Both the position numbers and the translations under genes were made by a program. This document shows positions 37,625 to 48,108 of a stretch of DNA of 64,000 bases, one piece after another; the stretch's first letter is position 1, and every line of letters begins with the position of its first letter. The DNA comes from an uncultured Candidatus Saccharibacteria bacterium (lineage in GTDB: Bacteria; Patescibacteriota; Saccharimonadia; Saccharimonadales; JAUPVS01): contig CAYPFM010000001.1 in the NCBI GenBank assembly GCA_964410185.1, positions 16,860 to 80,859 of the forward strand. The letters run 5' to 3'. The notes under the pieces are model-generated. The model had not been told where the DNA came from and made no database searches. It was given only the letters and a program-made list of their open reading frames with translations.

Positions 37625-40600
37625 ATGGATTTGGGTTTTCTAAAAACATTCCGGCGGCTTTTGGTATTGGCCATCCTTATGGGTGTCTTTTTTGTGTCCC
37701 TGACCTCTGGTACACGACCGGCTCATGCCTCAACCGGAACCAACCAAACCATTAACTTCCAGGGACGCCTGCTCACCTCGAGTGGCGCGGCCGTACCTGA
37801 TGGCTACTACAACATCCAGTTCAAAATCTACCAAGACGGTGATGGCGCCTCTGTTGGTGATACGACCGGTTCCCCAACAGGGACACTGAAGTGGACCGAA
37901 AACTATCTAAACGTTAATTCCCAAGGTGTCAGAGTCTTTAACGGCTACATGTCTGTCTCGCTCGGTTCAGTCAACCCCTTTGGTAGTAGCGTCGACTGGA
38001 ACCAAAACACCTTGTGGCTGTCGATGAACATCGGTAACACCAATGTATCGTGTGCCAGCTTCGCGGTTTGTTCGCCCGATGGTGAAATGACGCCGATGCA
38101 ACCACTGACGTCAGCCGTTTACGCGCTGAACTCCAACCAACTGGGTGGCTTAACCGCCGCCGCGTTTGGCCAACTGGCTGCTAGCCAGACGTTTGTGGGT
38201 GCTAATATCTTCCAGCCAACCACCAATGTAACAGGGGTAAAAGTAATTCAGAGCTCGGCTGGCGCACCCACTGCCGACATTTTTAATGTTCAGTCGGCCA
38301 ACAATACTAACCTCATCCAAGTAACTGGGCCCGCGGCCAATAGTGCGGCCATAACGCTCAGATCGATAGGCACCGGTAACGCCATTACACTCAATTCGGC
38401 TGGTGCGCTTAGTTTCACCGGAGCCGCGGCTTCGGTTTGGGATATCGGGAATAATACCCTTTCCCTGCAAACCACTAATAATGGCGCCATTACCACCGGT
38501 AGTGGCCTTTTGACTGTTGGGGGAAGCCAAACTTTCTCTGGTGCCAACCCTGTTATCAGCACCAGCACCACTAATACCAACATGACCATTCAAACCAACG
38601 GAACCGGTACGTTAACCCTCAATACCACTGGGGCAGGTACTGTTAACGTTGGTACAACCAACACCACCACCGTCGGAATCGGTAACAATACCTCGGGGAC
38701 AGTCGACACCATCACCGGTGGCTCCACCGCTGTAACCGTTGCCAACGGTGGGACTACTGTTAAAACCAGTACCAACAGCACCACCGCCTTCCAAGTCCAA
38801 AACGCCAGCAACGCCGCTGCCCTGTCGGTCGACACCACCTCACAGCGTGTAGGCATTAACAACTCTGCACCAGGGGCCGCCCTCGAGGTTACCGGTGACA
38901 TCTACCTGACCAAAGAAGCCAACCGCGTCATTAAGGTTGATGCCAGTACCACCGCCAGTACTGCCGGTGGTTCCCTTACCCTAGCCGGTGGAACCGGAAA
39001 CGCCGCAGTTGGTGGTGCTGTGAACATTAACGGTGGTACCGCTATTAATAGCGTCGGTGGAGGTGGCGGTGTGAACATTATTGCCGGTAACGCTGCTTCG
39101 GGTAGTGTCAACGCTGGTGGTAGCGTGGTTATTAATAGTGGTGTTGGGGTAACTGCCGGCGCAATCACCTTACAAACCGCCAACTTCTCTTCTACCTTTG
39201 GTGCCACCAACATCAATACCGGTGGTGGTAAGGTACTCATTGGGAGCGCCAACAACGGCGTCCAGATTGATACTGGACAAAACATTAAAACCAACGGTAC
39301 AAACATTACAGCTAACGCCCTGGCCACTCCTGTTATTAGCACCGGTTCGACTGGTTCAAGCTTCTATTACGGAGTTACAGCAGTTAATGGCCAGGGCGAA
39401 ACAATCCTGAGCAACACCGTTGGTATGGCCAGTAGCAGCGCTACAATCTCTTGGGCAGTAGTACCAGGTGCTACCAGCTATAAAGTCTACCGCAACTCTT
39501 CCAACGTTTTTACTAGCGGTTCATTATTTAGAGCGTCAACCGCGAACGGTTTAACCCTGTCCTACACCGACGACGGCACCGCTACCACCGCGGGTCTCCC
39601 GCCTACTTCGGTAACCGGCACAAAACTAACGGTACAGGGTTGGGCCAGCCAAACAGCCAACCTGCAAGAATGGCAAAACTCGGCCGGATCTGCTCTAGCA
39701 GTAGTCGATATCTCTGGCAACATTACCGCTGCCCGTTTCCGCAGCGATGTCTGGCAAGATACAAACAATAACTCTTGGGCTAGTATTACGGGCACCAGCC
39801 CAAGTAGAACTTTGGCATTTGGTAATGCGAGCATTTCTACTATTTCTATCACCCCAAAGAGTGGCGGCGATATCCAATTAGCTGGTGCAACCAAAGTGAA
39901 TTCAACTGGTACTGCTGGTACAGTCGAGAAATTCCGAGTAAATACCCCGACCACTGTCGATAACAGTGCCGCCTCTATCTTGGCGACCGGTGCCACCACG
40001 AGCAAGGGGCTTGTTATCCAAGGTGCCGCCAGCCAAACAGCCAACCTGCAAGAATGGCAAACCAGCGCTGGTGCTAATATGGTCAGCATTACTGCCGCTG
40101 GCGCCCTGCAGGGTGGCAACGCTTCTGGTACTGATGTTGCTGGTACGACCCTCACCATTGCTGGTGGGCAAGGTACTGGTACCGGTAACGGTGGTAACAT
40201 TCTGTTCCGTTATGCTGCTCCGGGCACCACCGGTGCCAGCAACAACGCTCTTGTTACTGCCTGTACTATTTCTGGCACCAATGGCAGCTTTAGCTGTACG
40301 GGGGCTGGTGCTAGTAGCGAACGCTTTGGAGCTGGTTCAACCGCAGCAGGAACAAGTTCAGTTGCGGTGGGCAACACCGCAGGGGCTTCGGGTAACAACT
40401 CCATCGGAATCGGTGCCGGCAGCAGTGCGTCTTCTACAAACAGCATTTCAATTGGTGCTAGCTCTATTGCACTCAATGGTGGTGGCGCTGGTAATATCGC
40501 TATCGGTAGCAGTGCCACGGCCGGCTGTCTGTTCAGTTGTCCTGGTTCAGTTCGTGACATGATAACCCTTGGTTCTAGTTCAACCACCCAGGGTGACTAC

Positions 40601-43600
40601 GGCATCACCATCGGTAACAGTGCTAGCAACACCGGCTTCAACGGCAGCATCGTCATTGGTACGGGCGCCAGTAACACAGCCGGCAATCAACTGGTAATTG
40701 GTTCTAATACTTCATCGATAACAACTGGCTATATTGGTAATGGCGTAACCAACGCGGCACCTGTTGGGTTTACTTTGAATGCCACCGGTAGCAGCACAGC
40801 CGGCACAACTGGCGGGGCGTTGTCGATTGTTGCTGGGGCGGGCACGAATGCTACTACCGGTAGCAATGGTGGCGCCTTGAACCTACAGGGTGGTGCAGCC
40901 GATAGCTCTAGTGGCACTGGTCGCACCGGTGGCGCCGTCAATATTAACGGTGGCGTTGGTTCACGCAACTTGGCTGGTGGAGCTATTAACTTAACTGGCG
41001 GAACTGGCGGAACTAGTGCCAGCGGTTCTGGCGGTAACGTAGTTATTAACGGTGGTGCGGCCGGTGGTGGTGGTGCTGGTGGTAGCGTTAGTCTACAGGG
41101 TGGCGCAGGCACAACCGGTATTGGCGGTAACTTTACAATTACATCTGGTAACAGCAGCTCAGCGGCCAGTGGCAACCTTTCGCTTGATGTTGGTACGGCT
41201 GGCACAACCACTGGAAGTATCTCAATCGGAGCCAACAACACTAATACTATAGGAATAGGAAACGCGACAGCCGCTACTGCTATTACCATTCAGGGCGGCA
41301 CTGGCTCCAGTGCAATCTCGATCATGTCTGGCGCCGCAGGAACGATTAGGATCGGCGATAATGGCGTCGCCAGCACCGTCCAGATTGGTAATACGACTGG
41401 CGCAGTGACCCAGACAGTTAACATCGGTACTAACCCGACAGCGAGCTCGCAGACAAACGTGACAATCGGCTCAACCATTGGAGCTTCGGCAACCACCATC
41501 ATAAGTGGTACGGGCAACTTGAACCTACAAACGCAAGGTACGGGCAACTTAAACATTGGTGCCAATGCCATCGCCCAAAACATCATTATCGGCAATAGCA
41601 CCGGTGGAACCAATGTTTCCATTAACTGTGGTACCGGCACCTGTGGTCTTGGTACTAACGCAACCGATCACTCCACGACCGTTGGATCGACCACTGGTGT
41701 GTCACTAACGACCATTCAGGGCGGTTCGGCCGGCATCTCGCTGAATGGTGCAGTTTCAACTTCTGGTGCCATAAACGGCGTTACCCTCAGCGCCAGTGCC
41801 CTCACCTTCTCTGGTGCCAACCCAGTTATTGGTGCCAGCACCACTGATACTGGTGTCACACTGCAATCGAATGGAACTGGTACCCTCACCCTGAACTCAT
41901 CTGGCGCCGGTACGGTAAACCTTGGTACCACCAATACCACTACGATCGGCATTGGTAACTCAACTGCGGCCACTGCCGTTACATCAACCGGTGGCGCAAC
42001 CGTACAGACCGTTGCCAACACTGGGGTTACCATCAAAACAAATACCAATAGCATCTCAGCCCTACAAGTTAAGGACAGCAGCAACAACGTTGCCTTTAAT
42101 GTTGATACCACCACTGGCGCCGTTGGCACCGTCAGCACTAGCGCAGCCAGCACGGCTTCACGCGCACTGTTGCTACAGAGTGGTTCCGTCACCGGCACAA
42201 CTTCTAACTCTGGCGATGTAACCCTGCAATCTGGTGGGTCAAGTACTTCTGGTAACAGTGGTGCATTGGCGTTGAAGACCGGTGACGCCGGGGTTGGTAA
42301 CTCTGGTGCCATTAGTCTCGATGTTGGTTCGGCTCCTTCGGGCACGGTTGGCACCATTTCAATTGGTACCAGCAACGCCCGCTCAATCACTATTGGTAAT
42401 ACCTCTAGCGGCACTTCGACCGTTATCAACGGCGGCACGGGCGTTGCTGGAGTTTCGATTCAGTCAGCTGCCAGCGGCGGCATCAGTATTGGTACCAGCG
42501 CTAATACATCTATCTTGTTTGGTACCGGTGCAGTTGGTGGCACTATCAAGATTGGTGGCACCACCCAGACAGGCACAATTACACTCGGCCAATCAACTGC
42601 CAGCAACATCATCGAAATCGGTGGCGGCACCACTAGCAGTGGCAACATTCAGACCGTTAACATTGCTAACGGCACCGGCGCTGGCACAGCTACTAATGTA
42701 AACATCCTCTCGGGTGTTGGGACGGCCGGCACCGGCACCTTGTCACTTGGTAATAATACCCGTGTCACCCAAATCGACCTCGGCAACGTCGCTGCCGCTG
42801 CCGCTAGAACTATCAACGTTGGCACTGGAGCTAATACTGTCGGTATCGACACCATTAATATCGGCACCGGTAGTACTTCGGTGGCTAGCGGTAAGACCAT
42901 CCATATTGGTGATACCGCCCCAACTGGCTCCGGCACCAACGTCCTCACGCTTGGTACTACCGTTAATGCCTCAACCACGACTATTCAGGGTGGTACGGGC
43001 GCTTCGGCCATCGCTCTGACCCAAGCTACCGGTGGTGGCATTGTGATTGGTGGAAGTGGCGCGGCCTCCACCGTATCTGTCCTTTGTGGCGCTGGTACGG
43101 CCACAAGCTGTGGTTTTGCTAATAACGCTACCGACCACAGTACCTATATTGGTTCTGGCACCGGTGTTTCGGTCACCACCATTCAAGGTGGTAGCGGTGG
43201 TGTGGTCATCAACAGCAATACTGCCATTAATGGCACCATTAATAGCAATACCTTTGACGCCAGCACCCTCACCTTCTCTGGTGCTAACCCAGTTATTAGC
43301 GCCAGCACCACAAACACCGGCATCTCCGTCCAAGCCAATGGGACTGGTACGCTGACGCTTAATACTACCGGCGCCGGTACGGTTAATGTTGGCACCACCA
43401 ACACCACCACTGTTGGCATTGGTAACAATACTGCCGCAACTAGTACCACCATTACCGGTGGTACTGGGGCTAACGCCGTTTCAATTCAAACTGGTACGGG
43501 CGGTACCATTAGCTTGGGCACGACTGGTATCGCGAGCACCATCCAAATCGGTACAACCACTGCGGTTGCCACTCAAACCATTGGCATCGGTAACAATGCG

Positions 43601-46600
43601 ACCGCAACTTCTGTTAACAACATCACTATCGGTAACCTGCTGGGCTCTAGCAACACGCTTGTCCAGGGTGGCACCGGCGCCTCAGCCATTGTGTTAGCAC
43701 AAGGCACAGGTGGTGGCGTTGTCATCGGTACCACCGGTGCTGGTTCAACCGTTTCCGTCCAGTGTGGTGCCGGCACGGCAACCACCTGTGGTTTTGCTAA
43801 TAACGCTACCGACCACAGCACCTACGTTGGTTCAGTCAGCGGCGTTTCGGCCACCAACATCCAGAGTGGTACCGGCGGCATTACCTTGAGCGGCAACACC
43901 AGCGTAACGGGCACCTTAGGTACGACTGGCACCATTAATGGTGACACCCTGTCTACCACTGCCCTGACCTTCACCGGCGCCAACCCTGTCATCAGCACGA
44001 CCTCAACAAACTCGGGCTTCACATTACAGGCCAATGGCACTGGTACATTGACCCTGAACACGAGCGGCTCGGGCACCGTCAATGTTGGTACCACCAACAC
44101 CACCACTGTTGCAGTTGGTAATACGGGTGGTGGTGCGACCGTTACTCTGACCGGTGGCGCCACCACAACGACTATTGCCAACTCTGGCGAAACCATTAAG
44201 ACCTCAACCAATAGCAGTACCGCCTTCCAGGTCCAAAATAACGCCGGTGCGGCAATTCTGGCCGTTAATACCAGCACACCGCAAGTATCCTTTACTGCTA
44301 CAGCTGCCAACGCCACAAACGGTACTCCTCTGGTTAATACCAGCTACACCAACACCAGCACCACGGCCGCTCTAGAAGTTGCACAGCAAATTACCCTCAG
44401 TGATACAGGCGTAGTTACTACTGGGCAAGACGAAGCAAACGGAATGGCAATATCCGTAACTCATACTGGCCAAACCGGTGGCACTATATTAACGAAAGGA
44501 ATCTCCGTAACGAGCACCGGCGATAACGCTGGCTCTGGTACATCGGCCAACTGGGCAATCAACGGGTTGGCGGTTGGCTCATCAGATGCTGGCACTGGTG
44601 TTGCCGGCGGCTTTTTGGCGGCTGGTAGTGGCACCACGACTAGTGCCATTGGAACAAGTGGTGGCGTTGGCACATATTTGTTCACTGGGAACGTCGTCAC
44701 TGCAATTGGTGTTCAGGGGGCTATTAGCGCAACCGGTGGCGCCGGTACTATTAGCACGGCTTACGGCATGCAGGTTTCATCTGCTGCTGTCGGCGCCGGC
44801 GGCGCCATTGGAGCCAACTATGGTATTCAAGTTCAGACCCAGACCGTCGGTACCACAAACTATGGTGTTTCGATCGGTACTGCCTCAACCCAAACCCTGC
44901 GAGTTGGCGATGATGCTGATGGAACGACCGCCAATGCCGGCATCAGCTTTGGTGCCACGGCCGGCACGGCTGCAAACCTGTATCGTGGTGGTAACAACCA
45001 GCTCAAGACCGACAGTGACTTCCTGGTAAAATCAGGCACAAACTCAACCTCTGCCCTGTCCGTGCAGAACTCAAGCGGCACTAATATCTTCGCCGTTGAC
45101 ACCATTAACGGCACAGTTGGTACTGTTAAAACTACAACAGCTAGTACAAACTCGCAGGTTCTGACTCTGCAAAGTGGTACCGTGGTTGGCACTGGCTCCA
45201 CCTCCGGTGCAGTCATCCTTCAATCTGGTGCTTCAACAGTATCTGGTGGAACTGGTAACCTTACCCTAGCAACCGGCAACGCTACATCAGGCAGCTCAGG
45301 TAGCATTACCTTAGACGTTGGTTCGGCTACTGGTACATTTGGAAACATAAGCATCGGCACCGTCAATGGCCGAACTATTGGTGTAGGTAATACAACAGCT
45401 GCAACAGCAGTTACTATCCAGGGTGGTACCGGATCATCGGCAATTATCATGAGTCAAGGCGCTGGCGGGGCCATTACCATCGGCGGCTCAGGTGCTGCTT
45501 CCACCGTAGCAGTCCTTTGTGGCGCTGGCACCTCAACAAACTGTGGTTTTGCTAACAACGCTACTGATCACACAACCGTCGTCGGCTCGACTACCGGAAC
45601 CTCTACCACCACTGTTCAGGGCGGGTCTGGCGGCATCACTTTGGCCGCTGGCTCAATCGGCTTGAATGCGGCCACAATCTCAACAAATCAATCAAGCGTT
45701 AGCTTTATGGATACAACAGTTACAACCGTGACGGCTCTCCAATCAGCCACGTCAATCACCATGGGCGCAACTTCTGGCACGCTCACACTGCGCAATGCGG
45801 CCATTACTTTAGGCAGCGCTGCTGGCTCCGGATCGTTCACAAATAATGGTGGAACAACAAATATAACCTTGCCGTTGGGTGACTTCCCAGCCGGCGGTTC
45901 AATTGGAACAAATAGTAGTACAGTTGATATCTACACGTCGATTAGCATCAACCAATCAACGGCTGGCCGAACACTCACCATCCCAACCCCAAGTGCCAAC
46001 ATTACCTATGGTCGCCTGCTCTACTTGTCCAACATTGGTTCGGCCAGCTTTACGCTTGGCAGCGCCACCATTAGTGCCGGCACAACCGCTACCTTGGTTT
46101 GGGCAAACACAACGGGCGGCGCCAGCTGGCAATTTGCCGGTGCTGACGCAGCCTCGATTCTCAACCAAAACAGCATCGACCAAACCGCTAACTTCCGAAT
46201 TAGTGGTACTGGCCGAGCTAATACCAGCTTCACGGCTCCATTATTCGATTCAATCACTGGTGCGGTAGGTGTTGGTACATCGACTGCCTCAGGCGTAAAC
46301 ATTGGTAATGGTACCTCTGGAACCTCAGTTTCGGCCAGTTGTGGTGCCACCGCTACTTGTGGTTTTGGTAATAATGCCACCGACCACACAACTGCCGTCG
46401 GTTCGGCATCCGGTACTTCGGCCACCACTATCAACGCCGGTAGCGCTGGGGTCCTGGCAAAATCAACCAGCACAACTGGCTTCCAGGTACAGAACGCCAG
46501 TGGTACCAGTGTCTTGATTGTCGACACCACCAACCGCCAGCTCAAAGTTATGGAAAATGCTGGTAGCACCAACTACGCCCTGATTTACTACGACACCGCT

Positions 46601-48103
46601 ACCACCACCGCCAACTATACCGCCAGCTCCGGTACGGTCGCCGTTGGTACTGGTGCCGGTGCTATCTCCATCGTGGCCGGTACAAGTTCAAGTATTACTA
46701 TCACTAGTAACGCCGCTTCCCTATGGCGCACCACCGCTGGTACGCTGACACTGCAAAGTGGTACGAACTCGAACTTAGTCCTGACCCCATCGGGTACCGG
46801 CATGGCCACCATTAGCGGCTCGGCCAAGTTTGTACTCGGTCAAAATGCTGGTGACCCCGCCACCTGTACGGTTGGTGCGTTGATCTACAACACAACCTCT
46901 AACACACTCCGCGGTTGTCAGGGTTCAACCCCAACCTGGAACGATGTTATCAATGTTACGACCCCAACCACCCAGGCTACCTACACCGCTTCGACCGGTG
47001 GTACCACTGCCGAAATCAAGCTCGACACCACCCGTGGCGCACTTGATGTTCAGGGTGATAACGCTGGCGCCGTCACCGACTTGTTCAACGTCCGCGCCGG
47101 TACGGCTTCTGGTCTTGGCCAGAGTGTCTTTGATGTCGCCAGCTCTGGTAACGTTACCATTCAGACATCGGCTGGTGTTGCAGTTATGGACACGACTGGT
47201 ACAAGCATTGAAGTTGGCCAGGGCGCCACTGCTCACTCCACCAACCCAATCGTCCTTGTCCTCGACAACTACCAACCTATCACGGCTGGCTCAGCCCCAA
47301 CTGAGCAAGATGGTGCCATGTACTACAACGCCGACCAAAACATCTTTATGTGTGGCTTAAACGGCACCTGGACCAACTGTGCCATTAACTCCATCCAAAG
47401 TTCATATGTGTTTGAAGATGAGTTCTTGGGCGGTACAACTTCGGCCGCCACCGGTACCAGCTTCCAGGGTGTTGGCGCGCTGGGTTGGAACGTCAACGCC
47501 ACTACCTCTTGTGCTGCCGCCTACAACCAAACCGGCCCTGCCCTAGCCCATGATCACCCTGGTACTCTGCGCCTGACAGCCGGCAACGCCAGTGGTAATG
47601 GCTGTGCCATGACCCAAGCCGGAACTGCTGCCGGAACTGCCACCCTCAGCCAGATTATTGGTGCTGGCGACGTCTTTAAGACCAACGTCGCGATTGGTGC
47701 GCAAACTGGTACCATGCGTGTCGGTTGGACCAACCAAACTTCTAACACGGCTCCTACCTCTGGTGCGTGGTGGGAATATAACACCACGGCAGACGCCACT
47801 CACCTCCGTTACTGCTACGCCAACAACACTACTGCCGTCTGTGCCGCCGGCCCTGTCATCGCCGCCAACACGTGGGCTGAACTCGAAATCTACATCAACA
47901 GCGCCAGCAACATCACCTTCGTCACGAACATCAACGGCACCCCTACCAGCGTTACTACCACCAGCGCCTTCGATACTGGTGCCACCAACAAGCTTGGCCC
48001 AGGCGCCACCTGCTATGCCTCAACCACCACAGCCCTGAACTGTTACATCGACTACATCCAATGGAGTGGCGTCAACACCAGCACCCACGGTATTAGGGAC
48101 TAG
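37625..48103 (+). CDS. giant repetitive surface fibre protein (3,492 aa) with FN3-like insert and C-terminal lectin/LamG-like domain
   Basis: A single uninterrupted ORF. Signal peptide ...TRPAHA|STGTNQ. G/T/S/A/N-rich beta-solenoid-type repeats. Four LTF(S/T)GANPVI...NGTGTLTLN...GTVNVGTTNTTT modules. Five C-x(3-6)-C-G-[FL]-x-[TN]-N-A-T-D-H motifs. ATSYKVYRNS (FN3-like). A non-repetitive C-terminal region of about 330 aa. Confidence 0.9.
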   Translation: MDLGFLKTFRRLLVLAILMGVFFVSLTSGTRPAHASTGTNQTINFQGRLLTSSGAAVPDGYYNIQFKIYQDGDGASVGDTTGSPTGTLKWTENYLNVNSQGVRVFNGYMSVSLGSVNPFGSSVDWNQNTLWLSMNIGNTNVSCASFAVCSPDGEMTPMQPLTSAVYALNSNQLGGLTAAAFGQLAASQTFVGANIFQPTTNVTGVKVIQSSAGAPTADIFNVQSANNTNLIQVTGPAANSAAITLRSIGTGNAITLNSAGALSFTGAAASVWDIGNNTLSLQTTNNGAITTGSGLLTVGGSQTFSGANPVISTSTTNTNMTIQTNGTGTLTLNTTGAGTVNVGTTNTTTVGIGNNTSGTVDTITGGSTAVTVANGGTTVKTSTNSTTAFQVQNASNAAALSVDTTSQRVGINNSAPGAALEVTGDIYLTKEANRVIKVDASTTASTAGGSLTLAGGTGNAAVGGAVNINGGTAINSVGGGGGVNIIAGNAASGSVNAGGSVVINSGVGVTAGAITLQTANFSSTFGATNINTGGGKVLIGSANNGVQIDTGQNIKTNGTNITANALATPVISTGSTGSSFYYGVTAVNGQGETILSNTVGMASSSATISWAVVPGATSYKVYRNSSNVFTSGSLFRASTANGLTLSYTDDGTATTAGLPPTSVTGTKLTVQGWASQTANLQEWQNSAGSALAVVDISGNITAARFRSDVWQDTNNNSWASITGTSPSRTLAFGNASISTISITPKSGGDIQLAGATKVNSTGTAGTVEKFRVNTPTTVDNSAASILATGATTSKGLVIQGAASQTANLQEWQTSAGANMVSITAAGALQGGNASGTDVAGTTLTIAGGQGTGTGNGGNILFRYAAPGTTGASNNALVTACTISGTNGSFSCTGAGASSERFGAGSTAAGTSSVAVGNTAGASGNNSIGIGAGSSASSTNSISIGASSIALNGGGAGNIAIGSSATAGCLFSCPGSVRDMITLGSSSTTQGDYGITIGNSASNTGFNGSIVIGTGASNTAGNQLVIGSNTSSITTGYIGNGVTNAAPVGFTLNATGSSTAGTTGGALSIVAGAGTNATTGSNGGALNLQGGAADSSSGTGRTGGAVNINGGVGSRNLAGGAINLTGGTGGTSASGSGGNVVINGGAAGGGGAGGSVSLQGGAGTTGIGGNFTITSGNSSSAASGNLSLDVGTAGTTTGSISIGANNTNTIGIGNATAATAITIQGGTGSSAISIMSGAAGTIRIGDNGVASTVQIGNTTGAVTQTVNIGTNPTASSQTNVTIGSTIGASATTIISGTGNLNLQTQGTGNLNIGANAIAQNIIIGNSTGGTNVSINCGTGTCGLGTNATDHSTTVGSTTGVSLTTIQGGSAGISLNGAVSTSGAINGVTLSASALTFSGANPVIGASTTDTGVTLQSNGTGTLTLNSSGAGTVNLGTTNTTTIGIGNSTAATAVTSTGGATVQTVANTGVTIKTNTNSISALQVKDSSNNVAFNVDTTTGAVGTVSTSAASTASRALLLQSGSVTGTTSNSGDVTLQSGGSSTSGNSGALALKTGDAGVGNSGAISLDVGSAPSGTVGTISIGTSNARSITIGNTSSGTSTVINGGTGVAGVSIQSAASGGISIGTSANTSILFGTGAVGGTIKIGGTTQTGTITLGQSTASNIIEIGGGTTSSGNIQTVNIANGTGAGTATNVNILSGVGTAGTGTLSLGNNTRVTQIDLGNVAAAAARTINVGTGANTVGIDTINIGTGSTSVASGKTIHIGDTAPTGSGTNVLTLGTTVNASTTTIQGGTGASAIALTQATGGGIVIGGSGAASTVSVLCGAGTATSCGFANNATDHSTYIGSGTGVSVTTIQGGSGGVVINSNTAINGTINSNTFDASTLTFSGANPVISASTTNTGISVQANGTGTLTLNTTGAGTVNVGTTNTTTVGIGNNTAATSTTITGGTGANAVSIQTGTGGTISLGTTGIASTIQIGTTTAVATQTIGIGNNATATSVNNITIGNLLGSSNTLVQGGTGASAIVLAQGTGGGVVIGTTGAGSTVSVQCGAGTATTCGFANNATDHSTYVGSVSGVSATNIQSGTGGITLSGNTSVTGTLGTTGTINGDTLSTTALTFTGANPVISTTSTNSGFTLQANGTGTLTLNTSGSGTVNVGTTNTTTVAVGNTGGGATVTLTGGATTTTIANSGETIKTSTNSSTAFQVQNNAGAAILAVNTSTPQVSFTATAANATNGTPLVNTSYTNTSTTAALEVAQQITLSDTGVVTTGQDEANGMAISVTHTGQTGGTILTKGISVTSTGDNAGSGTSANWAINGLAVGSSDAGTGVAGGFLAAGSGTTTSAIGTSGGVGTYLFTGNVVTAIGVQGAISATGGAGTISTAYGMQVSSAAVGAGGAIGANYGIQVQTQTVGTTNYGVSIGTASTQTLRVGDDADGTTANAGISFGATAGTAANLYRGGNNQLKTDSDFLVKSGTNSTSALSVQNSSGTNIFAVDTINGTVGTVKTTTASTNSQVLTLQSGTVVGTGSTSGAVILQSGASTVSGGTGNLTLATGNATSGSSGSITLDVGSATGTFGNISIGTVNGRTIGVGNTTAATAVTIQGGTGSSAIIMSQGAGGAITIGGSGAASTVAVLCGAGTSTNCGFANNATDHTTVVGSTTGTSTTTVQGGSGGITLAAGSIGLNAATISTNQSSVSFMDTTVTTVTALQSATSITMGATSGTLTLRNAAITLGSAAGSGSFTNNGGTTNITLPLGDFPAGGSIGTNSSTVDIYTSISINQSTAGRTLTIPTPSANITYGRLLYLSNIGSASFTLGSATISAGTTATLVWANTTGGASWQFAGADAASILNQNSIDQTANFRISGTGRANTSFTAPLFDSITGAVGVGTSTASGVNIGNGTSGTSVSASCGATATCGFGNNATDHTTAVGSASGTSATTINAGSAGVLAKSTSTTGFQVQNASGTSVLIVDTTNRQLKVMENAGSTNYALIYYDTATTTANYTASSGTVAVGTGAGAISIVAGTSSSITITSNAASLWRTTAGTLTLQSGTNSNLVLTPSGTGMATISGSAKFVLGQNAGDPATCTVGALIYNTTSNTLRGCQGSTPTWNDVINVTTPTTQATYTASTGGTTAEIKLDTTRGALDVQGDNAGAVTDLFNVRAGTASGLGQSVFDVASSGNVTIQTSAGVAVMDTTGTSIEVGQGATAHSTNPIVLVLDNYQPITAGSAPTEQDGAMYYNADQNIFMCGLNGTWTNCAINSIQSSYVFEDEFLGGTTSAATGTSFQGVGALGWNVNATTSCAAAYNQTGPALAHDHPGTLRLTAGNASGNGCAMTQAGTAAGTATLSQIIGAGDVFKTNVAIGAQTGTMRVGWTNQTSNTAPTSGAWWEYNTTADATHLRYCYANNTTAVCAAGPVIAANTWAELEIYINSASNITFVTNINGTPTSVTTTSAFDTGATNKLGPGATCYASTTTALNCYIDYIQWSGVNTSTHGIRD

Positions 48104-48108
48104 CCTCC

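Noticed and set aside
37625-48103. Dozens of 60-240-aa ORFs in the track, in other frames and antisense, inside the giant gene. The same occurs inside the paralogue array, pilus genes and atp genes.
   Set aside because: They are fully nested in a long, coherent ORF. They have extreme low-complexity composition (P/V/A/L runs) mirroring the GGT/ACC-rich coding repeats. They lack RBSs. These are typical shadow ORFs.
37625-48103. Regularly spaced DNA repeats that might be mistaken for a CRISPR array or a DGR template/variable repeat pair.
   Set aside because: The repeats are in-frame coding repeats of unequal length without unique spacers. No cas gene or reverse transcriptase gene is in the window. 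Differences between repeat copies are not adenine-specific.
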